Shown here: piece after piece, positions 1 to 15,103 of the stretch
How positions within the stretch are numbered: position 1 is the stretch's first letter
Layout: each line of letters begins with the position of its first letter
Assembly (NCBI RefSeq): GCF_002113885.1
Contig: NW_018407085.1
Span: 58,766 to 122,765, forward strand
Reading direction: 5' to 3'
DNA from: Mizuhopecten yessoensis
Lineage: Eukaryota
DNA: 64,000 nt
Notes under the pieces: generated by a model
Databases searched by the model: none
What the model was told of the DNA's origin: nothing
The model's input: only the letters and a program-made list of their open reading frames with translations
Made by a program: the position numbers and the translations under genes

Positions 1-550
1 TGTCTAGGATGGTAGGATGGGTGTATGACTAGGATGGGTGTATGTCTAGGATGATAGGATGGGTGTATGTCTAGGATGGGTGTATGTCTAGGATGGTAGG
101 ATGGGTGTATGTCTAGGATGGTAGGATTGGTGTATGTGCAGGAAAGGTGTAAGTCTAGGATGAGTGTATGTCTAGGATGGGTGTATGTCTAGGATGTTTG
201 TATGTCTAGGATGTGTTTATGTCTAGGATGGTAGGATGGGTGTATGACTAGGATTGGTGTATGTCTAGGATGGTTGCATGTCTAGGATGGGTGTATGTCT
301 AGGATGGTAGGATGTCTAGGATGGGTGTATGTCTAGGATGGGTGTATATCTAGGATGGTTGTATGTCTAAGATGGTAGGATGGGTGTACGTCTAGAATGG
401 GTGTATGTCTAGGATGGGTGTATGTCTAAAATGGGTGTATGTCTAGGATGGTAGGATGTGTTTATGTCTAGGATGGGTGTATGTCAAGGATGGGTGTATG
501 TTTAGGATGGGTGTATGTCTAGGATGGGTGTTTGTCTAGGATGGGTGTTT
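1..550. repeat. Minisatellite, ~17-bp unit GTATGTCTAGGATGGGT with frequent 8-bp GGTAGGAT insertions (array 1)
   Basis: Directly visible tandem repeat running off the window start. Confidence 0.95.
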
Positions 551-1220
551 GACGATATATAGGGACACAACCGCTTTGTGTATTTTAAATTAATTATCTA
601 GGAACAGTGGATGTATTCAATGTCATTTTGGTTCCGTATCGCTATCATAACTAATCAAACGTTATGTATTCTAACATGTCATCAATTTTACGACATCTTT
701 TATTTCTGATAACCATGTTTTATTGCCACATAAACCATGAACAATGCCATTTTAAAAGCCTCCTACCTATTGCTATCAAGTGTTTACTGTTGAGACATGT
801 GGGGCTTGCACAGGGAAAATATGCATTCGTAAACATTCCCTTTCTTTTAACCAACATTCCCGTTTCCCCTACCTACGATATTTACATGCCGCAGATAAAT
901 TGGTACTCAAAAGCTTGCTCCAAATATCATTAATTCCGTGTCAGATTTCCTCGGCTGGCAGACAAGCTTATACACAGGATTTCCAAACATGCAGGTCTAT
1001 AAAGATTATGGAAAAGTAATGTTCGCCACAAAATCTCGTAGCGAAAAATGCTATTTCTTTGTTTGGTATGAAGGTCGAAACTTTATAAAGAGTGTTATGG
1101 TTTTGCTGTCATTATCCGAGTTCTTCATGTGAACACGTGACATAACCTGGATTTGACTTAGATTTACATAGTTGGTGTCATCGATGTAGAAGGCGCTTAC
1201 CATTCCGGAACGCCTGGTCT
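551..1220. repeat. Duplicated block A, copy 1 (other copies ~2442-2916 partial and ~3303-3970)
   Basis: gacgatatatagggacacaaccgctttgtg... recurs near-identically three times; this explains the repeated MFTVETC/MSDFLGW ORFs. Confidence 0.95.
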
Positions 1221-1843
1221 TATTTTCTTACGTTGCTTAGCGTTTCGAATTTTGATCGTTCCAGGTCTTTATATGTCGTGCTGTTGTTTGTTAACACAAA
1301 TATATATTTGCAATAAGTGATGACAACAGTTAGTATACAGCATTTATATACAAGTGTTTATATAATTTTCAATTTTTTTCCTAAGACGCTTTGAAGTATA
1401 TATATATAATAACCCTTCTACAGTAACACAGTGTCTATGCATTATACATTGATTACCTTTTGAAAGAGACGGTTTTAGTTTGACCTTTATGTAGTAAGCT
1501 TTCGAGGTGACAAGTCCAATTATCTTTTCTTCAGTCCCATAACATATTGTTATCTCGATCCCTAAAAATAAATATTTGCTTTATTTGAAAAAGAAGCCAA
1601 GACAATCATTTAAAAAAATTGCTTTGCATAAGAATCGTTGCCTTTTTAAAGGGGAAAGTGGCTTACATTATATTTGTAACTCCCCTTGCAACTACCAGTA
1701 AAGATTAACACTAGATTTTTTGTCCCGTTTCGAATGTGTACGTTACGTAAAGCCTACCGTTTTTTTATATTTATTTATTTTTACCTTTTTACAGGCAGAT
1801 GCAATGATAAATCATAGCGCTTAGTGAAAAACTACGTGTTCGT
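1221..1843. repeat. Duplicated block B, copy 1 (copy 2 at ~5508-6124)
   Basis: gttgcttagcgtttcg...ctacgtgttcgt is present twice with scattered substitutions. Confidence 0.9.
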
Positions 1844-2441
1844 GTATGTCTAGGATGGGTGTATGTCTAGGATGGGTGTATGTCTAGGATGGTAGGATGG
1901 GTGTATGTCTAGGATGGGTGTATGTCTAGGATGGTAGGATGGGTGTATGTCTAGGATGGTATGATGGGTGTTTGTCTAGGATGGTAGGATGTGGGTATGT
2001 CTATGATGATAGGATGGGTGTATGTCTAGGATGGTAGGATGGGTGTTTGTCTAGGATGGAAGGATGTGGGTATGTCTAGGAGTGGTGTATGTCTAGGATG
2101 GTAGGATGGGTGTATGTCTAGGATGGAAGGATGTGGGTATGTATAGGATGGGTGTATGTCTAGGATGGTAGGATGGGTGGATGTCTAGGATGATAAGATA
2201 GGTGTATGTCTAGGATGGGTTTATGTCTAGGATGGTAGGATGGGTGGTTGTATAGGATGGGAGGATGTGGGGATGTCTATGATGGGAGGATGGGTGTATG
2301 TCTCGGATGGTAGGATGGGTGTAGGTCTAGGATGGTAGGATGGTGTACGTCTAGGATGGGTGTATTTCTAGGATGGTAGGATGAATGTATGTCTAGGATG
2401 GGTGCATGTCTAGGATGGGTGTATTTCTAGGATGGGTGTAT
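1844..2441. repeat. 17-bp GTATGTCTAGGATGGGT minisatellite, array 2
   Basis: Same unit as array 1. Confidence 0.95.
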
Positions 2442-2916
2442 GACGATATATAGGGACACAACCGCTTTGTGTATTCTAAATTATTTAGCTAGGAACAGTG
2501 GATGTTTTCAATGTCATTTTGGTTCCGTATCGCTATCATAACTAATCAAACGTTATGTATTCTAACATGTCATCAATTTTACGACATCTTTTATTTCTGA
2601 TAACCATGTTTTATTGCCACATAAACCATGGCCAATGCCATTTTAAAAGCCTCCCACGAATTGATATCAAGTGTTTACTGTTGAGACATGTAGGGCTTGC
2701 ATAGGGAAAATATGCATTCGTAAACATTCCCTTTCTTTAAAACAACATTCCCGTTTCCCCTACCTACAGTATTTACATGCCACAGATAAATCGGTACTCA
2801 AGAGCTTGCTCCGAATACCATTAATTCCGTGTCAGATTTCCTCGGCTGGCAGACAAGCTTATACACAGGGGTTCCAAACATGCAGGTCTATAACGATTAT
2901 GGAAAAGTTATGTTCG

Positions 2917-3302
2917 ATGGGTGTATGTCTAGAATAGGTGTATGGCTAGGATGGTAGGATTGGTGTATGTCTAGGATTGGTGTATGTCTAGGGTGTATGT
3001 CTAGGGTGTATGTCTAGGGTTGGTGTATGTCTAGGATGATAAGATAGGGGTATATCTAGGATGGGTGTATGGCTAGGATGGTAGGATTGGTGTATGTCTA
3101 GGGTGTATGTCTAGGATGATAAGATAGGTGTATAATGGGTGTTGGTCTAGGATGGTTGTATGGGTGTATTTGTAGGATGGGTGTATGGCTAGGATGGTAG
3201 GATGGTGTACGTCTAGGATGGGTGTATCTCTAGGATGGGTGTATGGCTAGGATGGTAGGATGGTGTACGTCTAGGATGGGTGTATCTCTAGGATGGGTGT
3301 AT
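2917..3302. repeat. 17-bp GTATGTCTAGGATGGGT minisatellite, array 3
   Basis: Same unit as array 1. Confidence 0.95.
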
Positions 3303-6300
3303 GACGATATATAGGGACACAACCGCTTTGTGTATTCTAAATTATTTAGCTAGGAACAGTGGATGTTTTCAATGTCATTTTGGTTCCGTATCGCTATCAT
3401 AACTAATCAAACGTTATGTATTCTAACATGTCATCAATTTTACGACATCTTTTATTTCTGATAACCATGTTTTATTGCCACATAAACCATGGCCAATGCC
3501 ATTTTAAAAGCCTCCCACGAATTGCTATCAAGTGTTTACTGTTGAGACATGTAGGGCTTGCATAGGGAAAATATGCATTCGTAAACATTCCCTTTCTTTA
3601 AAACAACATTCCCGTTTCCCCTACCTACGATATTTACATGCCGCAGATAAATCGGTACTCAAGAGCTTGCTCCGAATACCATTAATTCCGTGTCAGATTT
3701 CCTCGGCTGGCAGGCAAGCTTATACACAGGGTTTCCAAACATGCAGGTCTATAACGATTATGGAAAAGTTATGTTCGCCACAAAATCTCGTAGCGAAAAA
3801 TGCTATTTCTTTGCTTGGTATGAAGGTCGAAACTTTATAAAGAGTGTTATGGTTTTGCTGTCATTATCCGAGGTCTTCATGTGAACACGTGACATAACCT
3901 GGGTTTGACTTAGATTTACATTGTTGGTGTCATCGATGTAGAAGGCGCTTACCATTCCGGAACGCCTGGTCTTTTTTTCCTTGTTCTTTTGCAAGGTTCT
4001 AAATGATAATCTTACCTATGTTAATATTTTGCCCTAGTTTTATCCATTCTATTTTGAATTATGGTTTTGTCGACACTTGTGTATTTCTTGTTGTTGTTGT
4101 TCGAGTGAAGATACACATAAAACCACGTTACTGGCACACCATGACCACTCCTCTCACCATCAAACAAGTATGACAGCAGATTGGTAGGTAATAAAAACGG
4201 AGTACAGTAGTTAGTAACAAAATGTTTGCGCCAAACATAAGAGCATAATTTGATATTATCTACATCAAGTTGACCTACAGGTGCCTACTTACAAGTAGAC
4301 ACGAAAACGCATAAATTGCCATTGGCTGTGTTAGAATAGATTCAATCACCATTTGGACGAGATGTCAAATATTTCTATGATAACGTTAACGAAAATTCCT
4401 TATTTGATATTCTTGTGCTTGGTTCGTAGTTTTAGCCACAGCACGGAACAATTGTCCCTTGGAAATGAAACAAGCGAGCTTCGAGGGAGCGTACCTTCTA
4501 TCCTAACTAGATTGGAAAGGAAAGAGATTAAATGAAATTACAGACCTGAAGTGTCTGTGTTGGAACATACTAAGCCTACATTTATCTTTTTTTCACCATT
4601 TTTATATATTACACCAAGATGCATACACATATGTTGAACATATAATTGAATAAGTCATATCTAAGCAAAGATTAACAGACCTCATTTTAAGCTCCAATAC
4701 AGGCACAATCCGATGCATCAAAGAAAATTGAAGGTAAACCTGAACTATATTTTTCTTATTATTTAGGAAAATGTCTTATTATAACGAATGATGTTGAATA
4801 TTTTTTATTTGTTTTTCTACTGATGACGTTTTAGTAGCTGACATTTTATGATTCATTTTTTTTATATATATAAATTCTCAATATTTTAGTGTTTGTTAGA
4901 GAGAAAAAAAGGCAAAACTTTAGAATGCAACACAAATAGATTAGTGAAATAAGAACTGAGGATTGAAACTACTTTAACTTATAGATCCCTTTATGTCACA
5001 AAACAATTTTGTATCTCGGAGGTATATAGGTCAAACACAATCCATGCAGTCGTAACATTAATCTTGGCCTGATTTCTAAGTGTGGAATTCAATTAACGAC
5101 ATCGCGTTTTAGACTGTGAATGACCAGCATGTGTCCCTAGATTTGTGAGGGTAAATGATGTAAGCCTGTGGTACGAACAAAGTTTGTTCCTCCAGGCTGT
5201 TTGATTTCGTTTCTGGATTTTCCATTTGTTCTGGTGTCCCCACGAGCTCTGTGTTGTTTTTGAGTTTACGATTTTTCCCCTCCTGGTGTTCCCATGATTT
5301 CTGTTGATTGTTGTTGCTGAGTTTAAAGATGTGTATTTCCTTTATTTCTGGTGATGCTTCCGTTTCATTGTTGTTTTTTTAGTTTTGGGGGATGTTTGTT
5401 TTCTTTTGTTCTGTTTCATCTCAGTTTCTGGGGGGTTTCAAATGTATGGGTGTAAACTTCTTGTTCTGAATGCCGTTGGTTCTTTTTCATCGACATTGAA
5501 TTCCGAATTATTCCTATGTTGCTTAGCGTTTCGGATTTTGATCGTTTCATGTCTTTATATGTCGTGTTGTAGTTTGTTAACACAAATATATGTTTGCAAT
5601 AAGTGATGACAACAGTCAGTATTCAGCATTTATATACAAGTGTTTATATAATTTTCATTTTTTTTCCTAAGACACTTTGAAGTTTATATATATAATAACC
5701 CTTATACAGTAACACAGTGTCTATGCATCATACATTGATTACCTTTTGAAAGAGACTGTTTTAGTTTGACCTTTACGTAGTAAGCTTTCGAGGTGAAAAT
5801 TCCAATTATCTTTTCCTCAGTCCCGTAACATATTGTTATATCGATCCCTAAAAATAAATATTTGCTTTATTTGAATAAGAAGCCATAACAATTATTTGAA
5901 ATAATTGCTTTGCATAAGAATCGTTGCCTTTTTAAAGGGTAAAGTGTCTTACATTATATTTGTAACTCCCCTTGCAACTACCAGTAAAGATTAACACTAG
6001 ATTTTTTGTCTCCTTTCGAATGTGTACGTTACGTAAAGCATACCGTTTTCTATTTTTATTTTTATTTTTTACAAGCAGATGCAATGATAAATCATAGCGC
6101 TCGGTGAAAAATCTACGTGTTCGTTCAATTTACACCAAACAAATAGTTTTTATGTAGCAAGATAATAATCATCGACCAAGCTTGGTCCCGCGAACTAAGA
6201 TTAGGCGAAAACGTCGGTGAACTGGATCCGAACTGTGGCAAATATTTAGAGTTAAATCATCAGGGATTTGCATGTCATTTTCTTTTTTTATTTGAATAAC

Positions 6301-7662
6301 TTTTTTATACTGAAATAAATGCGTAAATCAAGATTGTTACCATGTCACGAGGCGACGTTAACCCTGAACAGGAAGTTCGTGCAATGCAGCAGTTTATCGA
6401 ACATTAGGCTCTGCATTTGAAAACTACCCACCGCGATACGGATACGTTGATGAATTAACATCCCCGCTGCACTTCTTTTAAGTAAAGCTACCTAAGCATT
6501 GTAGTGTTGTTCATAGCTCTATAAATGTCATTGGATATCAATCAAAGGTTGTAATGTTATTGAATTGGCATGATTGATACGATGTTTCTATACAAAGGCA
6601 TTGTTTTATGAGTATATATATATATATATATATATCGGAATAATCTTTGATAATCTCATACCATCATGCAGCGGACTACAACAGGCCAATTCTTACCATG
6701 ACTATAGCCGGAATCAGGTTCTACGTATACTGAGCTTCTATTAGGTATGGGTATGTTAACCGCATACTGTTACTCAATAATAATAATTACTCAACTTTCT
6801 ATGGTTCTACTGACAGTCTGAAACTAACTTGTTAATGAATTGATTGCATATAAGATCATTTTTGACACAAATACGAACTAGTTCAGAGTTGGCATGGCAC
6901 TCTACTTTACTAGGTTAGTCTTTAAATATAGCGTTTTGTATTTAATCTTTACAGACTTACTAATTAGTCTTCTTGTATTAATTTCCGCTACTGTCGTCTG
7001 CTCAAACATCTCCATACTTGTTGACAGTTACAGTCGTTGAAGGCGGCTTGAATATTCCCTATATTTTTTTTTCAACTGGCAACGGGAAGCCAGCTATCCT
7101 CACCTTACGAAACTGTAACGTTTGAATTACAATTAATAATGATGTAGAAATTCGCCTATTTCGAAATTTCAATTATAGTACATTTTTGAAACGGTGACAG
7201 TGGGAGCCGACACGTTTACCTCTAATGCAATACTAACCTTCTGTAGGAAATAGGAGGACCAAAATATCACGTCTAAAAGCCAAAGACTGCTGCAAGTTCT
7301 CGGTAAAGTATATATGTCTCTTTAAGAGCGATTGAGTATATTTGCTGTAGCACACGGCTACCTCAGACCGTAGGTATAAACTGTATGTTGTATACGTGTA
7401 CCTCAGACAGTATGAATGTGTTGTTTGCATACATATTTTTTCCGTGTTTTCGTATGTCTACCTCGGAAATATATATATATGCATTCAATGAGATATTTTA
7501 GGGGTGGGGGGGGGGGGGGATTGTGATTGTCGGTGTCAGTACTTCAACAAATATGCATTCGCGCGTTGAGGAGGCAAGTTGAGTTTCCATATTCCAGTTT
7601 GATAACCCACTAGGGGCTTTCATCATTAAAGAAACCACATTTCACCAATTACGTTGCATCTT

Positions 7663-7697
<35 letters not shown>

Positions 7698-8379
7698 ATA
7701 AGTATTACACAATAAGTGGCAGACCATATCGCGCTTGCAACACGGACATCGATGTTGAATTCCGATAACAATGCATGTTATCTGGGCTTGTATGAGCTCT
7801 CGTTTGTAGAATACTCTTTCACTTAAGATGACCCCATGGATCTTTCGACATAAAAGTACAGAGCTAACGAGGAATTTCCCCGGAGACCAAAATAACGGTT
7901 TTCCTAACATAGAGATACCATCTTCGTCGTCTGTAGGCTGGTCGAATGTCTAATTGCTCACGTTCTTCCGATGAATATTTTAGCCGTCAAAGGAAGGATC
8001 ACATGCATTCTGCATAAATTAACTAAGTGGAACGTTTAACTATTATTTGTCTATAGAATCACGCGTACAGATCAGCCTGGAGATATTTCCAACGTACGAG
8101 TGTAATTTGTATAACCTCTACTTTACCACCCCTGGTACAGCAATTATTTATAACAGACCTGATGATCGTGACATGTACCCTATCTGTATTTTTTCTGTCC
8201 AAATGACAGCCCCAACGTTAATCAGTAGCTGCTTTCACTATACGGCCTTTATATTTTGTCAGTAGATTTACCCACAGGGAGCTAAAGAACGTGATAATGA
8301 TTGTTTAGCCATGAAGAAGTTGTGTATGTTATTCCGCGGAGAAGTTATATAAAATAACATATGCCGTATGATACATTAA

Positions 8380-11300
8380 ATGACGATACCAGGACATTGA
8401 TACCAGACGATGACATGAGGACGATGACACCAAACGATGACATGAGGACTATAACACCAGACGATGACATGAGAACACTGATACCAGACGATAATATTGG
8501 GACAAATATTCCAGTTCAATCACATGTGGACAGTGCCACGAGAATAATGACATAAAATAAAAACACAAGATATATGACATCATGACAATGACACCAGAAA
8601 AATGACATGAGAACAGACACAAGAATAATTATATGATGAAAGTGACACTAGGAAAATGACTTGAGGACGGTGACACCAGAATAATGACACAGGACGGTGA
8701 CAAAAGATTATAGATATGATGACAGTGAAACCAGAACAACGGCATGATTACAGTGACACCAGGTCAATGTCATAGGGACATTGACACCAGTTCAATGACA
8801 TGAGGACAGTGATGTCAGAACAACGGTATGCTTACAGTGACACCAGGTCAATGACATGAGGACAATGACACCTGGTCAATGACATGATGACAGTGACACC
8901 AAACCAATGGCATTATTACAGTGACACCAGGTCATTTACATGAGGACAATGATGTCAGAACAACGGCATGCTTACAGTGACACCAGGTCAAGGACATGAG
9001 GACAGTGACACCTGGTCAATGACATGAGGACAGTGACACCAAACCAATGGCATTATTACAGTGACACCAGGTCAATTACATAAGGACAGTGATGTCAGAA
9101 CAACGGCATGCTTACAGTGACACCAGGTCAATGACATGAGGACAGTGATACATTCAATAGCATCAGGACAGTGCCACCAGGTCAATGTCATCAAGACAGT
9201 TCCACCAGGACAATGACATGAGGACAGTGACACCAGAACAACCACATGAGGACAGTGACACCTGGTCAATGACATGAGAAGAGTGACACCAAACCAATGG
9301 CATTATTACAGTGACACCAGGTCAATTACATAAGGACAGTGATGTCAGAACAACACCATGCTTACAGTGACACCAGGTCAATGACATGAGGACAGTGACA
9401 CCTGGTCAACGACATGAGGACAGTGACACCAAACCAATGGCATTATTACAGTGACACCAAGTCATTTACATGAGGACAGTGATGTCAGAACAACGGCAGG
9501 CTTACAGTGACACCAGGTCAATGGCATGAGGACAGTGACCTTAGAACAACGGCATACGTAGAGTGACATCAGGCCAATGACATGAGGACAGTTACACCAG
9601 GTCAATGACATGAGAAGAGTGACACCAAACCAATTTCATTATTACAGTGACCCCATGTCAATCACATGAGGACAGTGACGTCAGAACAAAGGCTTGCTTA
9701 CAATGACAATAGGTCATTGACATGAGGACAGTGACCTCAGAACAACGGCATACGTAGAGTGACATCAGGCCAATGACATGAGGACAGTGACACCAGACCA
9801 ACGGTTTGCTTTCATTGACACCAGGTCAATGGCATGAGGACAGTGATACAAGGTCAATAACATGATGACGACAGTGAAATCAGGTCAATAACAGGATGAC
9901 AGTGACATCAGAACAACGGTATGCTTACAGTGACACCAGGTCGATGACACGAGGACAGTGACACCAGGTCAATGACATGCTTACAGTGACACCAGGTCAA
10001 CAACATGAGGACAGTGACACCAGAACAACGGTATGCTGAAAGTGCCACCAGGTCAATGACAAGAGGACAGTGACACCAGGTCAATGACTTGAGGAGAGTG
10101 ACACCAGGTCAATGAAATGAGGACAGTGATACAAGGTCAATAACATGGGGACAGTGACACAAGGTCATTGACATGAGGACAATAACACTAGGTCAATGAC
10201 ATGAGGACAGTGACACCAGGTCAATGACATGAGGATAGTGACACAAGAACAACGGTATGCTTACAGTGACACCAGGTCAACGACATGAGGACAGTGACAC
10301 AAGAACAACGGTATGCTTACAGTGACACCAGGTCGATGGCATGAGGACGGTGACACCAGAACAACGGTATGCTTACAGTGACACCAGGTCAACGACATGA
10401 GGACAGTGACACCAGAACAACGGTATGCTGAAAGTGCCACCAGGTCAATGACAAGAGGACAGTGACACCAGGTCAATGACTTGAGGAGAGTGACACCAGG
10501 TCAATGACATGAGGACAGTGACACAAGGTCAATGACATGAGGACAGTGGCACAAGGTCAATGACATGAGGACAATAACACTAGGTCAATGACATGAGGAA
10601 AGTTACATTAGGTCGATGACATGAGGAAAGTGTCACCAGAACAATGACATGAGGACAGTGACACCCGGTCAATGACATGAGGACAGTGACACTAAACCAA
10701 TGGCATTATTACAGTGACACCATGTCATTTACATGAGGACAGTGACCTCAGAACAACGGCATGCTTACAGTGACATCAGGCTAATGACATGAGGACAGTG
10801 ACACCCGGTCAATGACATGAGGACAGTGGCACAAGGTCAATGACATGAGGACAATAACACTAGGTCAATGACATGAGGAAAGTTACATTAGGTCGATGAC
10901 ATGAGTAAAGTGTCACCAGAACAATGACATGAGGACAGTGACGTCAGAACAAAGGCTTGCTTACAATGACAATATGTCATTGACATGAGGACAGTGACCT
11001 CAGAACAACGGCATGCTTACAGTGACATCAGGCCAATGACATGAGGACAGTGACACCAGACCAACGGTTTGCTTTCATTGACACCAGGTCAATGGCATGA
11101 GGACAGTGACACCAGACCAACGGTTTGCTTTCATTGACACCAGGTCAATGGCATGAGGACAGTGACACCAGACCAACGGTTTGCTTTCATTGACACCAGG
11201 TCAATGGCATGAGGACAGTGATACAAGGTCAATAACATGATGACGACAGTGAAATCAGGTCAATAACAGGATAACAGTGACATCAGAACAACGGTATGCT

Positions 11301-12372
11301 TACAGTGACACCAGGTCGATGACATGACGACAGTGACAACAGAACAACGGCATGCTTACAGTGACACCAGGTCAACGACAATAGGCGGTGACACCAGAAC
11401 AACGGTATGCTGAAAGTGCCACCAGGTCAATGACATGAGGACAGTGACACCAGGTCAATGACTTGAGGAGAGTGACACCAGGTCAATGACATGATGACAG
11501 TGACATCAGGTCAATAACATGATGACAGTGACATCAGAACAACGGTATGCTAACAGTGACATCAGGTCAATGACACGAGGACAGTGACACCAGGTCAACG
11601 ACATGAGGACAGTGACACCAGAACAACGGTATGCTGAAAGTGCCACCAGGTCAATGACATGAGGACAGTGACACCAGGTTAATGACTTGAGGAGAGTGAC
11701 ACCAGGTCAATGACATGAGGACAGTGACACAAGGTCAATGACATGGGGACAGTGACACAAGGTCACTGACATGAGGACAAAAACACTAGGTCACTGACAT
11801 GAGGACAGATACACCAGGTTGATGACATGAGGAAAGTGACACCAGAACAACGGCTTGCTTACGTGACACCAAATCAATGACATGAGGCAGTGACACCAGA
11901 ACAACGGCATGCTTACAGTGACACCAGAGCAACGGCATGCTTATACTGACACCAGCTCAATAACATGATGACAGTGACACCAGGTCAATGACATGAGGAC
12001 AGAGACACCAGGTCAATGACATAAGGACCGTGACACCAGGTCAATGACATGAGGACAGTGACACCAGGTCAATGACATAAGGACCGTGACACCAGGTTAA
12101 TGACATGAGGACAGTGACACCAGGTCAATGACACAAGGACCGTGACACCAGGTCAATGACATGAGGACAGTGACACCAAGTCAATGACATAAGGACCGTG
12201 ACACCAGGTCAATGGCATGAGGACAGTGACACCAGGTCAATGACATAAGGACCGTGACACCAGGTTAATGACATGAGGACAGTGACACCAGGTCAATGAC
12301 ACAAGGACCGTGACACCAGGTCAATGACATGAGGACAGTGACACCAGGTCAATGACATAAGGACCGTGACAC
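8380..12372. repeat. ~4-kb satellite, 28-bp unit with variants ACAGTGACACCAGGTCAATGACATGAGG / ACAGTGACACCAGAACAACGGCATGCTT; 27-bp degenerate units at the 5' edge
   Basis: Visible tandem periodicity; the ORFs here are repeat translations. Confidence 0.95.
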
Positions 12373-13054
12373 TACATTAAGTACATACGGTGACATCATA
12401 TAATGTCATCTGATAATGCTGTGAGATAATTCATCACGGACAATTACTTCAGCAAACGCTACGAAAGTACCTTTTTGTACGTGTATATGCTTTTTTGTGC
12501 TGTAATTCCATTACCGTTAAGTATTTGTTTTATAAAGTCTATTCAGACTATCAATGACACATACTCATACTCCACACAAGCGCTTGATATCGAAGGTGTT
12601 CGAGCTAAACATCGAAGTTGTATTTCTAAATAAACGCTTTGTATTTGGATACAAATAACGTTCTTGCATCTGCATGTATTGTTCAAAGTCATAATGACAG
12701 TCCACTTTTCTTACGTACACTTGGTCAGCGAGCACGTACGTTGTATATCACTATGCAGATAAAACGGTAAAACAAATTACATTTTCTTTCATCACAGATT
12801 AGCCGAATGAGCCTTTGGAACGTTTTAGTTGCCTGTATATAGCACGTATTGATACGTATCTGGCCATATAACCATGGATTATACTTAAAATATTCGTAAT
12901 CTTATATGAACTGCCGTGTATGAAATAAAAGACCAGTTACATGTCATTTACTTGTAAATGATAGCATTCGTAATTTCTCTTTCGGTTCACAGTGATTATA
13001 TATGAATGTTGTAGAGACTGGATGTATTAATTTTCAACTCATTAACTCACTTTT

Positions 13055-14595
13055 TCAGATCTTACAGCGTAAAACATTGGTTAGAAAACCCTCACATCAC
13101 CAGATCTAATACAACGTAAAGCATTGGTTAGAAAAACCCTCACATCACCAGTTCTAATACAGCGTAAAACATTAGTCAGAACACCCTTACATCACCAGAT
13201 CTAATACAGCGTGAAACATTGGCTAGAAAACCCTCACATCACCAAATCTAATACAGCGTAAAACACTGGTTAGAAAACCCTGACATCAACAGATCTTATA
13301 CAGCGTAAAACATTGGTCTGAAAACCCTCTCATCACCAGATCTAATACAACATAAAACATTGGTTGGAAAACTCTCACATCAGATGTATTAATTTTCAAC
13401 TCATTAACTCACTTTTTCAGATCTTACAGCATAAAACATTGGTAAGAAAACCCTCACATCACCAGATCTAATACAGCGTAAAACACTGGTCAGAAAACCC
13501 TCACATCACCAGTTCTAATACAGCGTGAAACATTGGTTAGAAAACCCTCACATCACCAGATCTAATACAGCGTAAAACATTGGTCAGAAAACCCTCACAG
13601 CACCGTTTCCAATGCAGCGTGAAACATTGGTTAGAAAATCCTCACATCACCAGATCTAATACAACGTAAAACATTGGTAAGAACAACCCTCACATCACTA
13701 GATCTAATACAGCGTAAATAATTGGTTAGAAAACCCTCAAATCACCAGATCTAATACAGCGTAAATAATTGGTTAGAAAACCCTCAAATCACCAGATCTA
13801 ATACAGCATAAAACATTGGTCAGAAAGCCCTCACATCACCAGATCTAATACAACGTAAAACATTGGTAAGAACAACCCTCACATCACTAGATCTAATACA
13901 GCGTAAATAATTGGTTAGAAAACCCTCACCCCACCAGATCTAATACAACGTAAATCATTTTTTAGAAAACCCTCACACCACCAGATCTAATACAACGTAA
14001 AACATTGGTAAGAACAACCCTCACATCACTAGATCTAATACAGCGTAAAAGACTGGTTAGAAAACCCTGACATCAACAGATCTTATACAGAGTAAAATAT
14101 TGGTTAGAAAACCCTCAAATCACCAGATCTAATACAGCGCAAACATTGGTTAGAAAAACCCTCACATCACCAGATCTAATACAACGTAAAACATTGGTTG
14201 GAAAACTCTCACATCACCAGATCTAATACAACGTAAAACATTGGTAAGAACAACCCTCACATCACTAGATCTAATACAGCGTAAAACACTGGTCAGAAAC
14301 CCCTCACATCACCAGTTCTAATACAGCGTAAAACACTGGTCAGAAAACCCTTACATCACCAGTTCTAATACAGCGTTAAACATTGGTTAGAAAACCCTCA
14401 CCCCACCAGATCTAATACAACATAAAACATTGGTTGGAAAACTCTCACATCACCAGATCTAATACAACGTAAATCATTGTTTAGAAAACCCTCACACCAC
14501 CAGATCTAATACAACGTAAATCATTTTTTAGAAAACCCTCACACCACCAGATCTAATACAACGTAAATCATTGTTTAGAAAACCCTCACATCAGC
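13055..14595. repeat. 47-bp minisatellite AAAACATTGGTTAGAAAACCCTCACATCACCAGATCTAATACAGCGT
   Basis: ccctcacatc recurs at 47-bp spacing (e.g. 13451, 13498). Confidence 0.95.
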
Positions 14596-15103
14596 ACTTG
14601 AAGAAAGTACGCAGAATACTGCTAAGAACCCCCACCCCCCCACCCCACCACCCACATTAGACACTCCCTCAAAACATTGTTCGGAAATTCATCAGCTCAA
14701 AGGATCTACCACAGCGAAACAAATTGCTTTAGAAACAAGTTACAAAGTCAGATCAAATATAGCAGAATATATACTAAATTGAAAAATGCATAATCAATGA
14801 TTTGCTATTCTCACTGTTAAGAAACCATTTGTATTTCATACCATTTATATTTCCAGATCTAGCGGCGTTTAACACTAATTAGAAAAGTATTTATACCTTT
14901 TTGATTAGATACAGCACAGAATATGTAGTTAAAAAAAAAAACACATTAAAACATATGGTCCTGAAATGTGCTTTAATAATGAAAAACTATTCTCTGTGGT
15001 TACTTTTACCTCACAGAAAGGAACTTTTGTTGCTCTCTCAGTTGCAGATTTTATATCAGTATTTCGAAAAAATGAAAACTAATATGATTTATTTGCATTT
15101 CAG

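Noticed and set aside
664-3994. Repeated ORFs MFTVETC... and MSDFLGW... as a gene family
   Set aside because: They arise from the block-A duplication; overlapping frames, no recognisable domain
4106-4182. Candidate upstream GPCR exon (EDTHKTTLLAHHDHSSHHQTSMTAD)
   Set aside because: Weak GAG acceptor and no GPCR motif; cannot be supported without transcripts
8361-10476. DDDMRT-repeat and Cys/His-rich ORFs
   Set aside because: Translations of the 27/28-bp satellite
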